IMG/VR virus record: IMGVR_UViG_3300028797_000005
Location: 59,247-123,246 of that record
Reading direction: 5' to 3' (one strand)
DNA: 64,000 bases
Origin: a virus
Lineage: Duplodnaviria > Caudoviricetes
The notes beneath the pieces were generated by a model, which worked only from the letters and a program-made list of their open reading frames with translations, was not told the origin of the DNA and did no database searches. Each line of letters begins with the position of its first letter. Position 1 is the stretch's first letter. Shown piece after piece: positions 10,671 through 21,043 of this stretch. The translations under genes were made by a program, and so were the position numbers.

Positions 10671-11899
10671 TTGGATTATATGACTGGGATCTCCTCAAAT
10701 GGAGATCCCCAGTTGTGTTTAATCTTGAATTAATGAAATTGGCCACTTATTATAAGACTAGAGAGCGGCAGATAATTAAGATGATTCGAGATATTGATGG
10801 AGATATTGAGGCATTTAATAAAGTTGTCATAAGAAAAGATTATGATGATTTTTATTATCCAAGCCATTTAACTACTAATCAGAGGATTGAATGGGGCGGC
10901 CTGGCGATGACTAATAATATCTATGTTCCATTACCTCCACAAGTAGAAGCTTGCGTGCCCGATACTAGCATCTATCAGAAATGCGGCTTTGTCTATGACG
11001 CTTCTCCTAAGCTGCGGAAAACATTTAAAACCATGATGACGGCGGAGCATTACCGCATTAGTAATGATGAAATAGTTATTAAAAAAGAAGATGAATTAAA
11101 ATCTCGTTATTTAATTATTCACGATAATGATTTATGTTTTAATGATGAAATAAAAAGAAAAATATCAGCACTTCGTAATAACAACTATAAATCTAATATA
11201 GTAATTGGAACCAAATATCCTGTAGATATTTATAACGAAAATGATTTTATCTTTTGGGCAGATATAAAGAAAATAGCTGACTTAAATTGTATGAATATAT
11301 ATTGTAAACTTGCCGATTCTGCCCTCGCGGTTTTAATTAAGAAGCCGCAAGAGATAAATTTCATAATAAATGACATTACTCTCAATTTTAAAGATGAATT
11401 ATTACATCTTTTACTTCAATCTAACTTCGCGGCCTGCTGTGGTTGTAATACTAAAATCCATGTTGGAAAGGAAAGCCCATTAAGTGATGAATGGATACAG
11501 TTTATAAAATTTTACAATCGCTATTTACTTGATACCAAATTAAAACATAATTTTCTCGTTTATTCACCCTATCGTTTCTGTAAACGAGACAAATTCCTAA
11601 GCCGTGATGAGAAATATGCTCTTTTCCATTTTCTTGAAAAAGAAAGTGTTGATATATATGACCTAATGTTTAACATGGAATATACCAAGTTAAACAATGG
11701 AAAAATTGAAAAACATATGTATACCCCTTTAGAAATAGATAAATATGGAGGTTATCATGACGCAAAAAGAAATTTTGGACAAGATTCAGAAGAACAATTT
11801 AACTATGCGACAATTACTGAACCCGAACGAGTTTACATTAAACAACACGATTTCAGAACTTCTGAACGAGAACAGAAAATTACAGCAGACCTGTGGTGA
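10667..11899 (+). CDS. Hypothetical protein resembling a degenerate phage radical-SAM-like family
   Basis: N-terminal IGLYDWD...FNLELMKLATYYK and IIHDND; no CX3CX2C motif. Confidence 0.4.
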   Translation: MIGLYDWDLLKWRSPVVFNLELMKLATYYKTRERQIIKMIRDIDGDIEAFNKVVIRKDYDDFYYPSHLTTNQRIEWGGLAMTNNIYVPLPPQVEACVPDTSIYQKCGFVYDASPKLRKTFKTMMTAEHYRISNDEIVIKKEDELKSRYLIIHDNDLCFNDEIKRKISALRNNNYKSNIVIGTKYPVDIYNENDFIFWADIKKIADLNCMNIYCKLADSALAVLIKKPQEINFIINDITLNFKDELLHLLLQSNFAACCGCNTKIHVGKESPLSDEWIQFIKFYNRYLLDTKLKHNFLVYSPYRFCKRDKFLSRDEKYALFHFLEKESVDIYDLMFNMEYTKLNNGKIEKHMYTPLEIDKYGGYHDAKRNFGQDSEEQFNYATITEPERVYIKQHDFRTSEREQKITADLW

Positions 11900-11957
11900 A
11901 ATAGGTCATGTATTTGACGGCGGCTATTGTATTTTTTGCATGAAACAAGAGGATTAA
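11757..11957 (+). CDS. Small hypothetical Cys/His protein
   Basis: GGAGGT RBS before ATG 11757; C..GH....CIFC; stop abuts nrdJ. Confidence 0.6.
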   Translation: MTQKEILDKIQKNNLTMRQLLNPNEFTLNNTISELLNENRKLQQTCGEIGHVFDGGYCIFCMKQED

Positions 11958-11958
11958 G

Positions 11959-14217
11959 ATGAGAGTAGAAGACTGGCTGGGTAAAGACAATCAACTTGGT
12001 ATAGATATTTGGAATAAGAAATATCGTCATGGTAACGAAACATTTGACGAATGGATTGAACGTGTTAGTGGAGGCAATAAAAGTATTGCTAAACTAATCA
12101 AAGAAAAGAAATTCCTCTTCGGTGGCCGTATTTTAAGCAACAGAGGATTAGCCAAAGAAGGCCGCAAGATTACATATAGTAACTGCTATGTTATTCCTGC
12201 GCCGGAGGATAATCTTGAATCTATTTTTGATACAGCTAAATCTCTTGCGCGTACTTATTCCTATGGTGGCGGCTGCGGCGTTGATCTCGGTAAACTTGCG
12301 CCGGCAGGAGCTAAAGTAAGAAATGCAGCTGAGACATCTAGTGGAGCAGTATCCTTTATGGATTTTTACTCTACCGTTACTGGTCTCATTAGTCAGAATG
12401 GTCGTCGTGGCGCGCTCATGCTTTCATTGCCGATTAATCACCCCGATATTGAGAAGTTTATTCATATCAAATCTGATCTTGGCGCAGTAACTAAAGCCAA
12501 TATCTCTGTAAGAATTACTGATGATTTTATGGAAGCAGTTGGGCTTAATAAACCATATAAATTGTCATTCACAAGAGAAGCAACTGGCGAAACCATTGAA
12601 AAAGAAATAAATGCTAAAGAGTTCTTTACAGAACTTTGCCGCATGAATTGGGATTATGCCGAACCTGGTATCTTATATTGGAATACGATTGAACAACACA
12701 ATTTCCTTCGTGGCTATGAAGAATTTGAATATGCTGGAACGAATCCTTGTGCAGAAGAGCCATTACCGGCCGGCGGTTCCTGTTTGCTTGGTTCAATTAA
12801 CCTAGCTGAGTTTGTAAATGATAAAGGTCAGTTTATGACTGATGATTTTAGATTTGCGGTTCAAGACGCTGTAATTGCTTTAAATGAAGTATTAGACGAA
12901 GGCCTCCCACTCCATCCGCTTAAAGTGCAGCAAGATTCTGTACGAGATTGGCGTCAAATTGGTCTAGGTATTATGGGTCTTGCTGATACTCTTATTAAAC
13001 TTGGTATAAAATATGGTGATAGAACAGCTGTTGAGTTCTCAAGTCGTGTTAGCGCAATTATGATGACAGCAGCTATAAAAATGTCTATTGATTTAGCTGC
13101 GATAAAAGGTTCATTCCCAAAATATAACTATGCCAAGACTCTTGACTCAATGATAATTTCTTATCTTGATACTAAAACTTACCGTCATTTGAAACAAAAC
13201 GGAATAAGAAATTCTCAGCTTCTTACCTGCGCTCCAACTGGTAGTATTAGTACCATGCTTGGCGTGAGCGGCGGCATTGAACCAATTTTTGCAAATTATT
13301 ATACAAGAAAAACTGAGTCGTTACATGGTCACGATGAGTATTATAAAGTTTATACTCCAATTGTGGCAGATTACATGAAACGGAATAACTTAACAGATGA
13401 TAGTCAGCTTCCAGACTACTTCGTGACTGCCCATGAAATCGCTCCTAAGGATCGTATTTTAATGCAGGCGGCATGGCAGGCTAATATTGACGCTAGCATT
13501 AGTTCAACAGTTAATCTTCCTAATGAAGCAACCGTGGAAGAAGTTATAGATCTTTACCTGGACGCTTGGCATTATGGTTTAAAAGGCTTAACAATCTTCC
13601 GTGATGGCTGTGCTAGAGTTGGTATTCTTACTACCGATAAGCCAAAAGAAGAAAAGAAGAAAGTAGTAAAACCAGCTGGCCGAGTTCTTCGGAGAGGCGA
13701 AATTATTGCCGTTGATGATGACCTTATAGGAGTTAAAAAGAAACTCATGTCAGGCTGCGGCACTCTCCATTGTGAAGCCTTCTTCGACAAATATGATGGA
13801 AGTTTTAGAGAAATTTATCTAAGCAAAGGCTCTACTGGCGGCTGTAACAACTTTATGATTGGCTTAAGCCGCATGATTTCTCTTGCTGCTCGTGGTGGAA
13901 TTGCGCTCGAAGATATTATTGATCAATTAATGTCAACTGGTGTTTGCCCATCATATAGAGCAAGAACAGTTACCAAACATGATACTTCCCAAGGTTCATG
14001 TTGTCCAATGGCTGTCGGCTATGCGCTCAGAGAAATGCAGGAAGAAATTCTTGAATATATTATAAACAGACCAGTAGCTGATGAACCAGTTAGTGATACT
14101 GATATTAACAATGATAGTGAAAAAATTATTGCCAAATGTCCGGATTGCGGCGCTGATCTCGAATGGAGTAATGGCTGCGTGCATTGTCCAGAGTGCGGCT
14201 ATAGTAAATGTGATTAG
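11959..14217 (+). CDS. nrdJ: Class II (B12-dependent) ribonucleotide reductase
   Basis: SNCYV, GRRGALM, TNPCAEEPL, APTGSIS, C-terminal Zn ribbon; no beta subunit nearby. Confidence 0.9.
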   Translation: MRVEDWLGKDNQLGIDIWNKKYRHGNETFDEWIERVSGGNKSIAKLIKEKKFLFGGRILSNRGLAKEGRKITYSNCYVIPAPEDNLESIFDTAKSLARTYSYGGGCGVDLGKLAPAGAKVRNAAETSSGAVSFMDFYSTVTGLISQNGRRGALMLSLPINHPDIEKFIHIKSDLGAVTKANISVRITDDFMEAVGLNKPYKLSFTREATGETIEKEINAKEFFTELCRMNWDYAEPGILYWNTIEQHNFLRGYEEFEYAGTNPCAEEPLPAGGSCLLGSINLAEFVNDKGQFMTDDFRFAVQDAVIALNEVLDEGLPLHPLKVQQDSVRDWRQIGLGIMGLADTLIKLGIKYGDRTAVEFSSRVSAIMMTAAIKMSIDLAAIKGSFPKYNYAKTLDSMIISYLDTKTYRHLKQNGIRNSQLLTCAPTGSISTMLGVSGGIEPIFANYYTRKTESLHGHDEYYKVYTPIVADYMKRNNLTDDSQLPDYFVTAHEIAPKDRILMQAAWQANIDASISSTVNLPNEATVEEVIDLYLDAWHYGLKGLTIFRDGCARVGILTTDKPKEEKKKVVKPAGRVLRRGEIIAVDDDLIGVKKKLMSGCGTLHCEAFFDKYDGSFREIYLSKGSTGGCNNFMIGLSRMISLAARGGIALEDIIDQLMSTGVCPSYRARTVTKHDTSQGSCCPMAVGYALREMQEEILEYIINRPVADEPVSDTDINNDSEKIIAKCPDCGADLEWSNGCVHCPECGYSKCD

Positions 14218-14225
14218 GTGATACA

Positions 14226-14477
14226 ATGAAAAGAGCTAAAGGTAAAAAACCAGTAGATTATGATTTAGGTGGCGTTCATTTAAGTGAAGTTAAGAAAATG
14301 ATTGCCAGCCTTGAAGCAGGGCCGCTAGATGACCCATATCTGACCTTCACCTTTTTAATCAATTCTCTTTTCAAGGAAGTGCCTAAGAATATGGAAAGGA
14401 ATTTGCGGAAGGAATATGATAGAGGTTTCAGAGAAGGCTATGCGGCTGCGCTCGAAGAAACAGTTAAATTGCCGTAG
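14226..14477 (+). CDS. Hypothetical protein
   Basis: AGGTG RBS, operon packing. Confidence 0.7.
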   Translation: MKRAKGKKPVDYDLGGVHLSEVKKMIASLEAGPLDDPYLTFTFLINSLFKEVPKNMERNLRKEYDRGFREGYAAALEETVKLP

Positions 14478-14485
14478 GTGATAAT

Positions 14486-15130
14486 ATGATAGAGATTAAA
14501 AATGTAGAAGTTGCTGGTATTGAAACGGCAATTAGAGGAATGAGGAATCCTCTTAAGAGTTGGGATAAGGCAGACAGCTGGGAAGAAGTACATGAGTACA
14601 AGGTTGGTGAAAAGGACTTAAGTCTTGCCGCAAAACTCGCGGCCGCAGGTCCAGACCATGGTAAGCTGTTAAGGCAAATTTATGTTGGTGCAGATATTAA
14701 TGCCCCACTTTATTGGTGGAAACAGATGGACCAATACAAAGTTGGAACTACGACCAATTCTGAAAGTACAATGCACCGCTTAACGAAAGATCCAATATCT
14801 GTTGGAAACTTTTCGATAGATGAAGACACTATTCATATCGCTCTTGATGGTGCTTATACCGTTGGCGACGCATGGCTTGATATGGCTACTAATCTTGAAT
14901 TATTAAGATTAAAATGCCTATTCGACCCAGATAATAGTGAGCAATATTGGCGCGCACTTAATCAACTCTTACCGCAAGGCTACTTACAAATGAGAACATG
15001 GACTGGTAATTATGCCGTCCTTAAGAATATATATCATGCAAGAAAACATCATAGGCTAGAAGAATGGCATGATTTCTGCCATTGGATTGCTACTCTACCT
15101 TATGCAAAAGAATTAATCATAGGAGAATAA
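14486..15130 (+). CDS. ThyX/Thy1-like phage protein (putative)
   Basis: RGMRNP..SW, H.KLLRQ, APLYWW, NSESTMH, LPQGY, NY..L, HRL.EW; next to dUTPase. Confidence 0.55.
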   Translation: MIEIKNVEVAGIETAIRGMRNPLKSWDKADSWEEVHEYKVGEKDLSLAAKLAAAGPDHGKLLRQIYVGADINAPLYWWKQMDQYKVGTTTNSESTMHRLTKDPISVGNFSIDEDTIHIALDGAYTVGDAWLDMATNLELLRLKCLFDPDNSEQYWRALNQLLPQGYLQMRTWTGNYAVLKNIYHARKHHRLEEWHDFCHWIATLPYAKELIIGE

Positions 15131-15131
15131 A

Positions 15132-16028
15132 ATGGGTAAAGTATTAGATTTTAAAAGTAAAGAACAAGTAAAAGTACCTAACTTCAAAGAAATCGAAGAA
15201 GCACTTTCTAATCTTCAAAATGATGAGAAAAGTATCGCTGTTATTGCTTCCTGCTTAGCCTTGCCAGAAAATGAGTTTGCGTTTATTAGTGAAACTATTT
15301 TACATGAACTCGAAAAGTCAATGAATGACCCTGATAGCCGCTATAAGTTGGTCCAGGCCCTTAATGCTAATGGTATGAAAGCTGAAGACTTAATTGGTAT
15401 TTATAAAGATATTCTTGACGTAGTGGAGCAAGAAACCAAGAACCAGCTTAGCCCGCAGAAGCGCAGTTTTGTAAAAAAATTCTTCGGCATGATTATTAAT
15501 TCTATTGAGGAAACTGAGGGTATTCCAAGACGGATTATTACTATTCCGATTGAGCTTTGCCATGAGAAAGCTAAAATTCCACAATATGCGAGACTTGGTG
15601 ACGCTGGCATGGATGTTTATGCGGTTGAAGATACAAAAATTGATCCCGGTCAGACAGTTATTGTTAAAACTGGATTGAAATGCGCGCTTCCGCTCGGCTA
15701 TGAATTTGAAGTTAGACCTCGTTCTGGCTTAAGCGTTAAAACACCACTTCGGGTAGCTAATGCACCAGGTACTATTGACAGCGGTTATCGTGATGAAATT
15801 GGCGTTATCATTACTAACATTGATCCGCCAATTAAGAATATTGATGTAGATGTAGAGAGCGGCAAGACAACTATTGAGTATGGTCAGAGCTATACCATTA
15901 CTGAGGGAATGAGATTTGCTCAGCTAGTATTAAAAGAAGTGCCGACCTGCAGCTTTTATGAGGTGACAGATGTATCAGATATTGGAATCGACAGAGGGTC
16001 CGGTTTTGGCGGAACAGGCACTAATTAG
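15132..16028 (+). CDS. dut: Trimeric dUTPase with ~130-aa N-terminal extension
   Basis: AGMDV, RPRSG, GTIDSGYRDEI, RFAQL, RGSGFGGTG. Confidence 0.9.
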   Translation: MGKVLDFKSKEQVKVPNFKEIEEALSNLQNDEKSIAVIASCLALPENEFAFISETILHELEKSMNDPDSRYKLVQALNANGMKAEDLIGIYKDILDVVEQETKNQLSPQKRSFVKKFFGMIINSIEETEGIPRRIITIPIELCHEKAKIPQYARLGDAGMDVYAVEDTKIDPGQTVIVKTGLKCALPLGYEFEVRPRSGLSVKTPLRVANAPGTIDSGYRDEIGVIITNIDPPIKNIDVDVESGKTTIEYGQSYTITEGMRFAQLVLKEVPTCSFYEVTDVSDIGIDRGSGFGGTGTN

Positions 16029-16215
16029 TCCATGCACATATTGCATTAACAGATTAAATGGAAGTGGTTTTTGTCATTGTATATTAGGAGACCCGCAATA
16101 TTGGAGACGCTATCCTGTTTGGGTTACAACAACGACAACAGTACCTACATGGTATTATATTCCTACAGCAACAACCGTTACAGTAGGAGAAGGGTCATGG
16201 GCAAAATCACTTTAG
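15970..16215 (+). CDS. Small Cys-rich hypothetical protein
   Basis: GAGGTG RBS; CTYC...GSGFCHCILG; fills gap between dut and resolvase. Confidence 0.5.
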   Translation: MYQILESTEGPVLAEQALISPCTYCINRLNGSGFCHCILGDPQYWRRYPVWVTTTTTVPTWYYIPTATTVTVGEGSWAKSL

Positions 16216-16928
16216 AAGAAATTCAGCGCAAGCTACAGCTTTACGGCTGGGAATGTCTTGATACTGAATATAAGAATCTCCAAGCACCAATGCGTTTCCA
16301 TTGTAACGAAGGTCATTTGGTTGAAAGCACATGGGGCAAATTAAGAAATAAATTAATTTGTCCTGTGTGTATTAACAATGTAACTCGCAAAATAGCTAAC
16401 ATATCTGCTCAGCCTAAGACGGAAGCATTTAGAGTTCTTGCCTTAGATCAGTCAAGCCATAAAACAGGCTATTCAATCTATGATGGCAAGAAACTCATTA
16501 GCTATGGAGTGTATGAAACACAGAATGGAACGCAGCTGGAACGTATCGTTGAAGTATGCGATTGGCTTAATTCCATGATTAACAACTGGAAGCCCGACCT
16601 AGTAGGAATGGAAGAAACGCAGTATAACTCCACTGGCGGCGTTGGTCATGACGTCTTTAAACTCTTATCTCAAGTAATGGGTGCAATCATGTTGACGGCT
16701 GCACGAAATAAATGTGAAGTTGCGTCCGTCTTGATTCCCACTTGGCGGCACTATTGCGGAGTTAAGGGAAATAAAAGAGCTGACCAAAAGCGATCAGCAC
16801 AGATGTTAGTCAAGCAATGGTATGATATTACAGTTACAGATGACGAAAGTGATGCCATTTGTATTGGAAAATATTTTGCTGAAACAAGAGCAGATAGAGA
16901 AGATTTGATTGGAGATTCATCATGGTAA
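16197..16928 (+). CDS. RuvC-like Holliday junction resolvase with N-terminal Zn ribbon
   Basis: LALDQSSHKTGYSI, GMEE, DDESDAICIG; start at MGKITLEE after AGGAG. Confidence 0.75.
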   Translation: MGKITLEEIQRKLQLYGWECLDTEYKNLQAPMRFHCNEGHLVESTWGKLRNKLICPVCINNVTRKIANISAQPKTEAFRVLALDQSSHKTGYSIYDGKKLISYGVYETQNGTQLERIVEVCDWLNSMINNWKPDLVGMEETQYNSTGGVGHDVFKLLSQVMGAIMLTAARNKCEVASVLIPTWRHYCGVKGNKRADQKRSAQMLVKQWYDITVTDDESDAICIGKYFAETRADREDLIGDSSW

Positions 16929-16931
16929 TAA

Positions 16932-16956
16932 AAAAGAGCGGTTAAACCGCTCTTTT
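16932..16956. terminator. Bidirectional terminator at convergence of the two modules
   Basis: AAAAGAGCGGT-TAA-ACCGCTCTTTT. Confidence 0.85.
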
Positions 16957-16959
16957 CTT

Positions 16960-17340
16960 TTATTCCATGATAATTGATTTGAGAGAAGCTGCTTCTTGAA
17001 CGGTAATTTCAATACCATCAAGCTCATCAAGTGTAAATTTAATTTCTGGAATTTCAACTGGAGTACTGAGAAGGTCTGTCATATCGGCAGTATACTTTTC
17101 AGTATTTTCTTTTTCTACGATAAAATCTCCGGAATCATTAATAAATAAGCTGCCGTCTTCATTCTTATTGCAATACTTAAATAAGATTTCACGATACTTT
17201 TCTTGGAAGAACTTGAAATCCGACTCGAAAGAAGTTAAGAGCTTATTAAACTTATAAGCTGTCTTAATCGGCATTTTATCATTACGATGCTCATTAAGAA
17301 CTTGATTGATTGCCGCCATGTCATTCATTGTAATTTGCAT
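16960..17340 (-). CDS. Phage protein (DUF1617-like)
   Basis: MPIKTAYKFNK...; typical position after tail fibres. Confidence 0.55.
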   Translation of the reverse strand: MQITMNDMAAINQVLNEHRNDKMPIKTAYKFNKLLTSFESDFKFFQEKYREILFKYCNKNEDGSLFINDSGDFIVEKENTEKYTADMTDLLSTPVEIPEIKFTLDELDGIEITVQEAASLKSIIME

Positions 17341-17374
17341 CTATCCATATCTCCTTATTATCTATTCTATATAT

Positions 17375-17403
17375 AGTATAGCAGATTTTTTAAAGAAATG
17401 CAA
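17375..17403 (-). promoter_or_regulatory. sigmaA promoter
   Basis: TTGCAT-17-TATACT with TG extension. Confidence 0.65.
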
Positions 17404-17406
17404 ATT

Positions 17407-18708
17407 TTATGAAGAAATTAATGTTGACCAAGCAGTAGCTTCGTCGGCCGAAAGATAAAGTATAAAGTATTTATTACTTCCATTATAAAATCCAATACTT
17501 GGAATATTATCGGCATTTGTGCCATATCCGACTTTACTACCACTTTTATATAATGAAATAGTATCTACTAAACTAGCATCAGTTGTTGAATTATCAACAA
17601 TTAATGGTGCATTTTCAGTACAATCTTTAAGGCGAGTTACTGTAATAGTATGCTCACGCATTTGCATAATAGGTGTTGGAGGAGTAATTCTTGTCGTTAA
17701 TGTAGTACCCAAGTATGCTTTTCCATTTTTCGAAGTAGTATTATTATATACTTGAATATAGAGATAATATGATGTTGATTGGTTTAATGCTTTAACAGAT
17801 GCGCTTGTTCCATTTTTATAATAATAAGTAAGACCCTTTACCTCAACAATTAAATTTGAATTGTCAGTATCAAAACTTACTTTAACATTATAAGGATCAT
17901 AATTAGTAATTGATCCTCCACTATAATATGGAGTAAAAACTAAAGTTTGCCCACTGCTAACATTATTAGTTGTCCCATTTTGAAAAAAACAATTTGGAAA
18001 AGCACTTTGCGATACACCAATTACTCCGCGGATAGTCGGATAAGGAGCATCACTTGGTAATTCTGATAAAGTCAATTTACTGGTACTAATAAAAATATCA
18101 GTAAAATATGTTGACCAGCCATTTAACATACCATAATCATACCAATAATGATAATCATAAGTTTGCGGACCAGACTCTAATCTTGGGCCAGTCATTGTAA
18201 ATTGATATTGAATACTTAAAGCATTATTTTCCCAACCAGCTGAATTTAACTTTGGTATTAAAGTTCCATAATAATAAGCATAAACTATTACCTTATTACT
18301 ATAAACGACTTTCCCACTATAATCATCATTAACATATACTGTAAAACGAAACGCTGAATCACATTCAACTTGAGGAATATTAGTAGTCCAATAATTAGTA
18401 TATCCACTTGTAGTTGCTTTTGTTAAAGTCACGTTAGTAGCTTTAGGTTTAAAAGAATTATTATACCTATAATGAACTACATTGTTACTATCTTTATAAG
18501 AAGAAATTGGACTTGCTTCTATATCACAAGTATAAGTAAATGAATAAGTTGAAGCTACTGTTTTATCTGTTGGAGGTTGAATATCAAGGTATACTGGAAA
18601 GCCCTGTAAATAGAATTGAGATTGTTTTGTTTTATATTCAGCTGAACTTGTGTCTGGAGAACCACCACTCTGTGGCACAATTACGTCTATTTCTGTATAA
18701 GTTGCCAT
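17407..18708 (-). CDS. Putative tail fibre/receptor-binding protein
   Basis: S/T/Y/N-rich beta protein at distal end of tail module. Confidence 0.5.
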   Translation of the reverse strand: MATYTEIDVIVPQSGGSPDTSSAEYKTKQSQFYLQGFPVYLDIQPPTDKTVASTYSFTYTCDIEASPISSYKDSNNVVHYRYNNSFKPKATNVTLTKATTSGYTNYWTTNIPQVECDSAFRFTVYVNDDYSGKVVYSNKVIVYAYYYGTLIPKLNSAGWENNALSIQYQFTMTGPRLESGPQTYDYHYWYDYGMLNGWSTYFTDIFISTSKLTLSELPSDAPYPTIRGVIGVSQSAFPNCFFQNGTTNNVSSGQTLVFTPYYSGGSITNYDPYNVKVSFDTDNSNLIVEVKGLTYYYKNGTSASVKALNQSTSYYLYIQVYNNTTSKNGKAYLGTTLTTRITPPTPIMQMREHTITVTRLKDCTENAPLIVDNSTTDASLVDTISLYKSGSKVGYGTNADNIPSIGFYNGSNKYFILYLSADEATAWSTLISS

Positions 18709-18721
18709 ATCTCACTTCCTT

Positions 18722-21043
18722 TTATGCCTTTAAAGGCAAAGTCACAGTTTTTCCAGTAACATTAGGTAACGCTGTTGCTGTTAAAGTTTTCGTCACAGTT
18801 TTTGTTAATGTCGTAGAAAAATTATTATTTGTATTACTGTAATTGGTCCAAGTTGTAGTTTTTGTACTAGCAAATAATTCTCGAACACTTACAACTATTT
18901 TTAAAGTATTATTTGCATTAATATTTATTGATGGCGTACTAATTGTGCTTATAGAATGATTATTCCAAGTTATTCCAGATATTTTATAACCATTTGTTGG
19001 TTTATATCCACTGTCACTACTTGTAATAGTAATAGTTAAATTTTTAACATTTGGATTACCGCCATCTTCTGCTTTTACTTTACTAATAGTTTCTGTAGCA
19101 AATTTTGTATCATTTAAATAGAAATCTATTGTTGCCTGATAAACTTGAAGACCTACATTAAATGAATATGTACCTTCTACTCGATTAATATTAGAATTTG
19201 GAACAATAAAAAATTCACTATCTGTCATATTTAAACTACTTGTTAATCCGCTACTAATTTGTACCGCTAGATAAAAACTTGAATCAGTAATCGTTCCACT
19301 TTTTAATAAAACACCAGTGCTTTTTTCATATATAGAATAAGATACATTGTAAGTTTTTGAACGAGTTAGCGTAGAAACATTCAAACTTGTTGTACTATTG
19401 GCAGTTGTTGGCGTGACTGTTTTTGTAACAGAACTACAAGTAAATACATATTTTAATTTTTGTGCTGCAGTATCAGTAGTATTAATTATTTGAATACCAA
19501 CAGATGAGTTAATACATCTCCCCAATGGAGAACCTCCATTGTATCTATAAAGTGTAGTAGTCCAATTCATTGTAGGAATAGCATAACTAGGAAATTCAAT
19601 AGATAAGTTTTTTACACTTGTATATACAGTATCAAATCCATTAATCGAATGAGAAGCTTTAAAATAAACTTTACTACTGATACTACTAGGATTACCTAAT
19701 TTACTAATAATAGCAGATCGTGTTATACCGCTAGTAAACATTATACCATTATTGCCAGTATAAGTTGAATTTACTAATTCTTTAAATCCAGAAGATGAAG
19801 AATAGCTAATATATAATTTAACTGTCGTTGTTACTCCAGAATATGGACTATATCCATCAATAAGAACTGGCGGAACATTAACAACTAAAGATATATCATT
19901 ATAAGGTATTATTGTACTTCCATCAAAATTTAACGCTGGAGCTGATAATGTTTTTCCACATTGATAAGTCTTACTTGTTGAAGTTGTGGCAAAACCGTCG
20001 TTTACTTTAGCATATAAAGTAACATTAGAACCCGCGCGACTAGTCAATAAACTAGCAACATTTTTTATATATGTAAAAGTATTTGTATAAGTTCCAGTTG
20101 AACTGTTTTCCCAATCAGTAGAACTAGAAGAAGTAGTAAGCGAAAATCTTAAATATGAGTTACCATTATTATAATAACTTGTGCTAGTGTCTTTTGCACT
20201 AATTTTAACATTAACAGTGCTTCCAAGAGTTAATGGAGAAGATGTATTAAAAGTTGGAGCATCTGGAGTTGAATTCATCGTTTGGAACCCTTGAGTAGCT
20301 ACCGTAGTATCCCAAACTGCAGTTTCAACTACTTCCACCGTATCACCCATTTTTCCAGTAGCAATTACTTTTAATTTTACAGCATCTCCTGCCGCAACAG
20401 ATCCTCCATACGGGACTTCAGCATAACTATTGCTTCCAAATACGCTTGCTGCAAATTCATTTTGTTTAGTCCATCCCAACCATTTAGAAGTTGATTTTTG
20501 ATACCTATTATAATAAGTTGTATATTTAGAAATTGCGTTACTAGTGCCATCTGTACCTTTATATATATACCATTTAATATCACTAGCACTTCCGCGCCAC
20601 GGATATGTTGTTATTTTTGGCTTCGGTGCCTTACTGTAACTAATTCCCGTCCATCCTACTGGAAAAGTAATTGCTTCTTCTGCACTACCTGAGCTAGCAT
20701 TATTAGTATGATTAATAGTAACTCTCATACCGACACTTGTTTGGTTTGCATTTACAGAAAAACTCTGTTCGTAACTCGCAGCCCTATTAAAAATACTTGA
20801 GCCACTATCACTAGCTTTAATAACTATACTTTTCTTTACATCTCCGCCCCACACTAGCGTACAATTAATAGCATAAGTTGAATTAAAAGAGTATGGGCCA
20901 GAATCTGTCGTTACTTTTCCAGTCACAGTTACGGTATTACCACTCCGGGTGGTTGACCATGCGGCCGTCGCACCCAGAGAGTAATCATAACCGCCGGCGG
21001 AAATTGGAATATTTGTTATTCTAATTGATCCGCTTGCCATCAT
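18722..21043 (-). CDS. Putative minor tail/fibre protein with beta-sandwich repeats
   Basis: 773 aa, S/T-rich, follows central tail protein. Confidence 0.55.
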   Translation of the reverse strand: MMASGSIRITNIPISAGGYDYSLGATAAWSTTRSGNTVTVTGKVTTDSGPYSFNSTYAINCTLVWGGDVKKSIVIKASDSGSSIFNRAASYEQSFSVNANQTSVGMRVTINHTNNASSGSAEEAITFPVGWTGISYSKAPKPKITTYPWRGSASDIKWYIYKGTDGTSNAISKYTTYYNRYQKSTSKWLGWTKQNEFAASVFGSNSYAEVPYGGSVAAGDAVKLKVIATGKMGDTVEVVETAVWDTTVATQGFQTMNSTPDAPTFNTSSPLTLGSTVNVKISAKDTSTSYYNNGNSYLRFSLTTSSSSTDWENSSTGTYTNTFTYIKNVASLLTSRAGSNVTLYAKVNDGFATTSTSKTYQCGKTLSAPALNFDGSTIIPYNDISLVVNVPPVLIDGYSPYSGVTTTVKLYISYSSSSGFKELVNSTYTGNNGIMFTSGITRSAIISKLGNPSSISSKVYFKASHSINGFDTVYTSVKNLSIEFPSYAIPTMNWTTTLYRYNGGSPLGRCINSSVGIQIINTTDTAAQKLKYVFTCSSVTKTVTPTTANSTTSLNVSTLTRSKTYNVSYSIYEKSTGVLLKSGTITDSSFYLAVQISSGLTSSLNMTDSEFFIVPNSNINRVEGTYSFNVGLQVYQATIDFYLNDTKFATETISKVKAEDGGNPNVKNLTITITSSDSGYKPTNGYKISGITWNNHSISTISTPSININANNTLKIVVSVRELFASTKTTTWTNYSNTNNNFSTTLTKTVTKTLTATALPNVTGKTVTLPLKA

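Noticed and set aside
6726-14217. Inteins or group I introns in dnaE/nrdJ
   Set aside because: Reading frames are continuous, lengths are ordinary and no splice-junction motifs were seen
16071-16196. N-terminal extension of the resolvase ORF
   Set aside because: Better RBS at ATG 16197, and the region is occupied by the Cys-rich ORF in another frame
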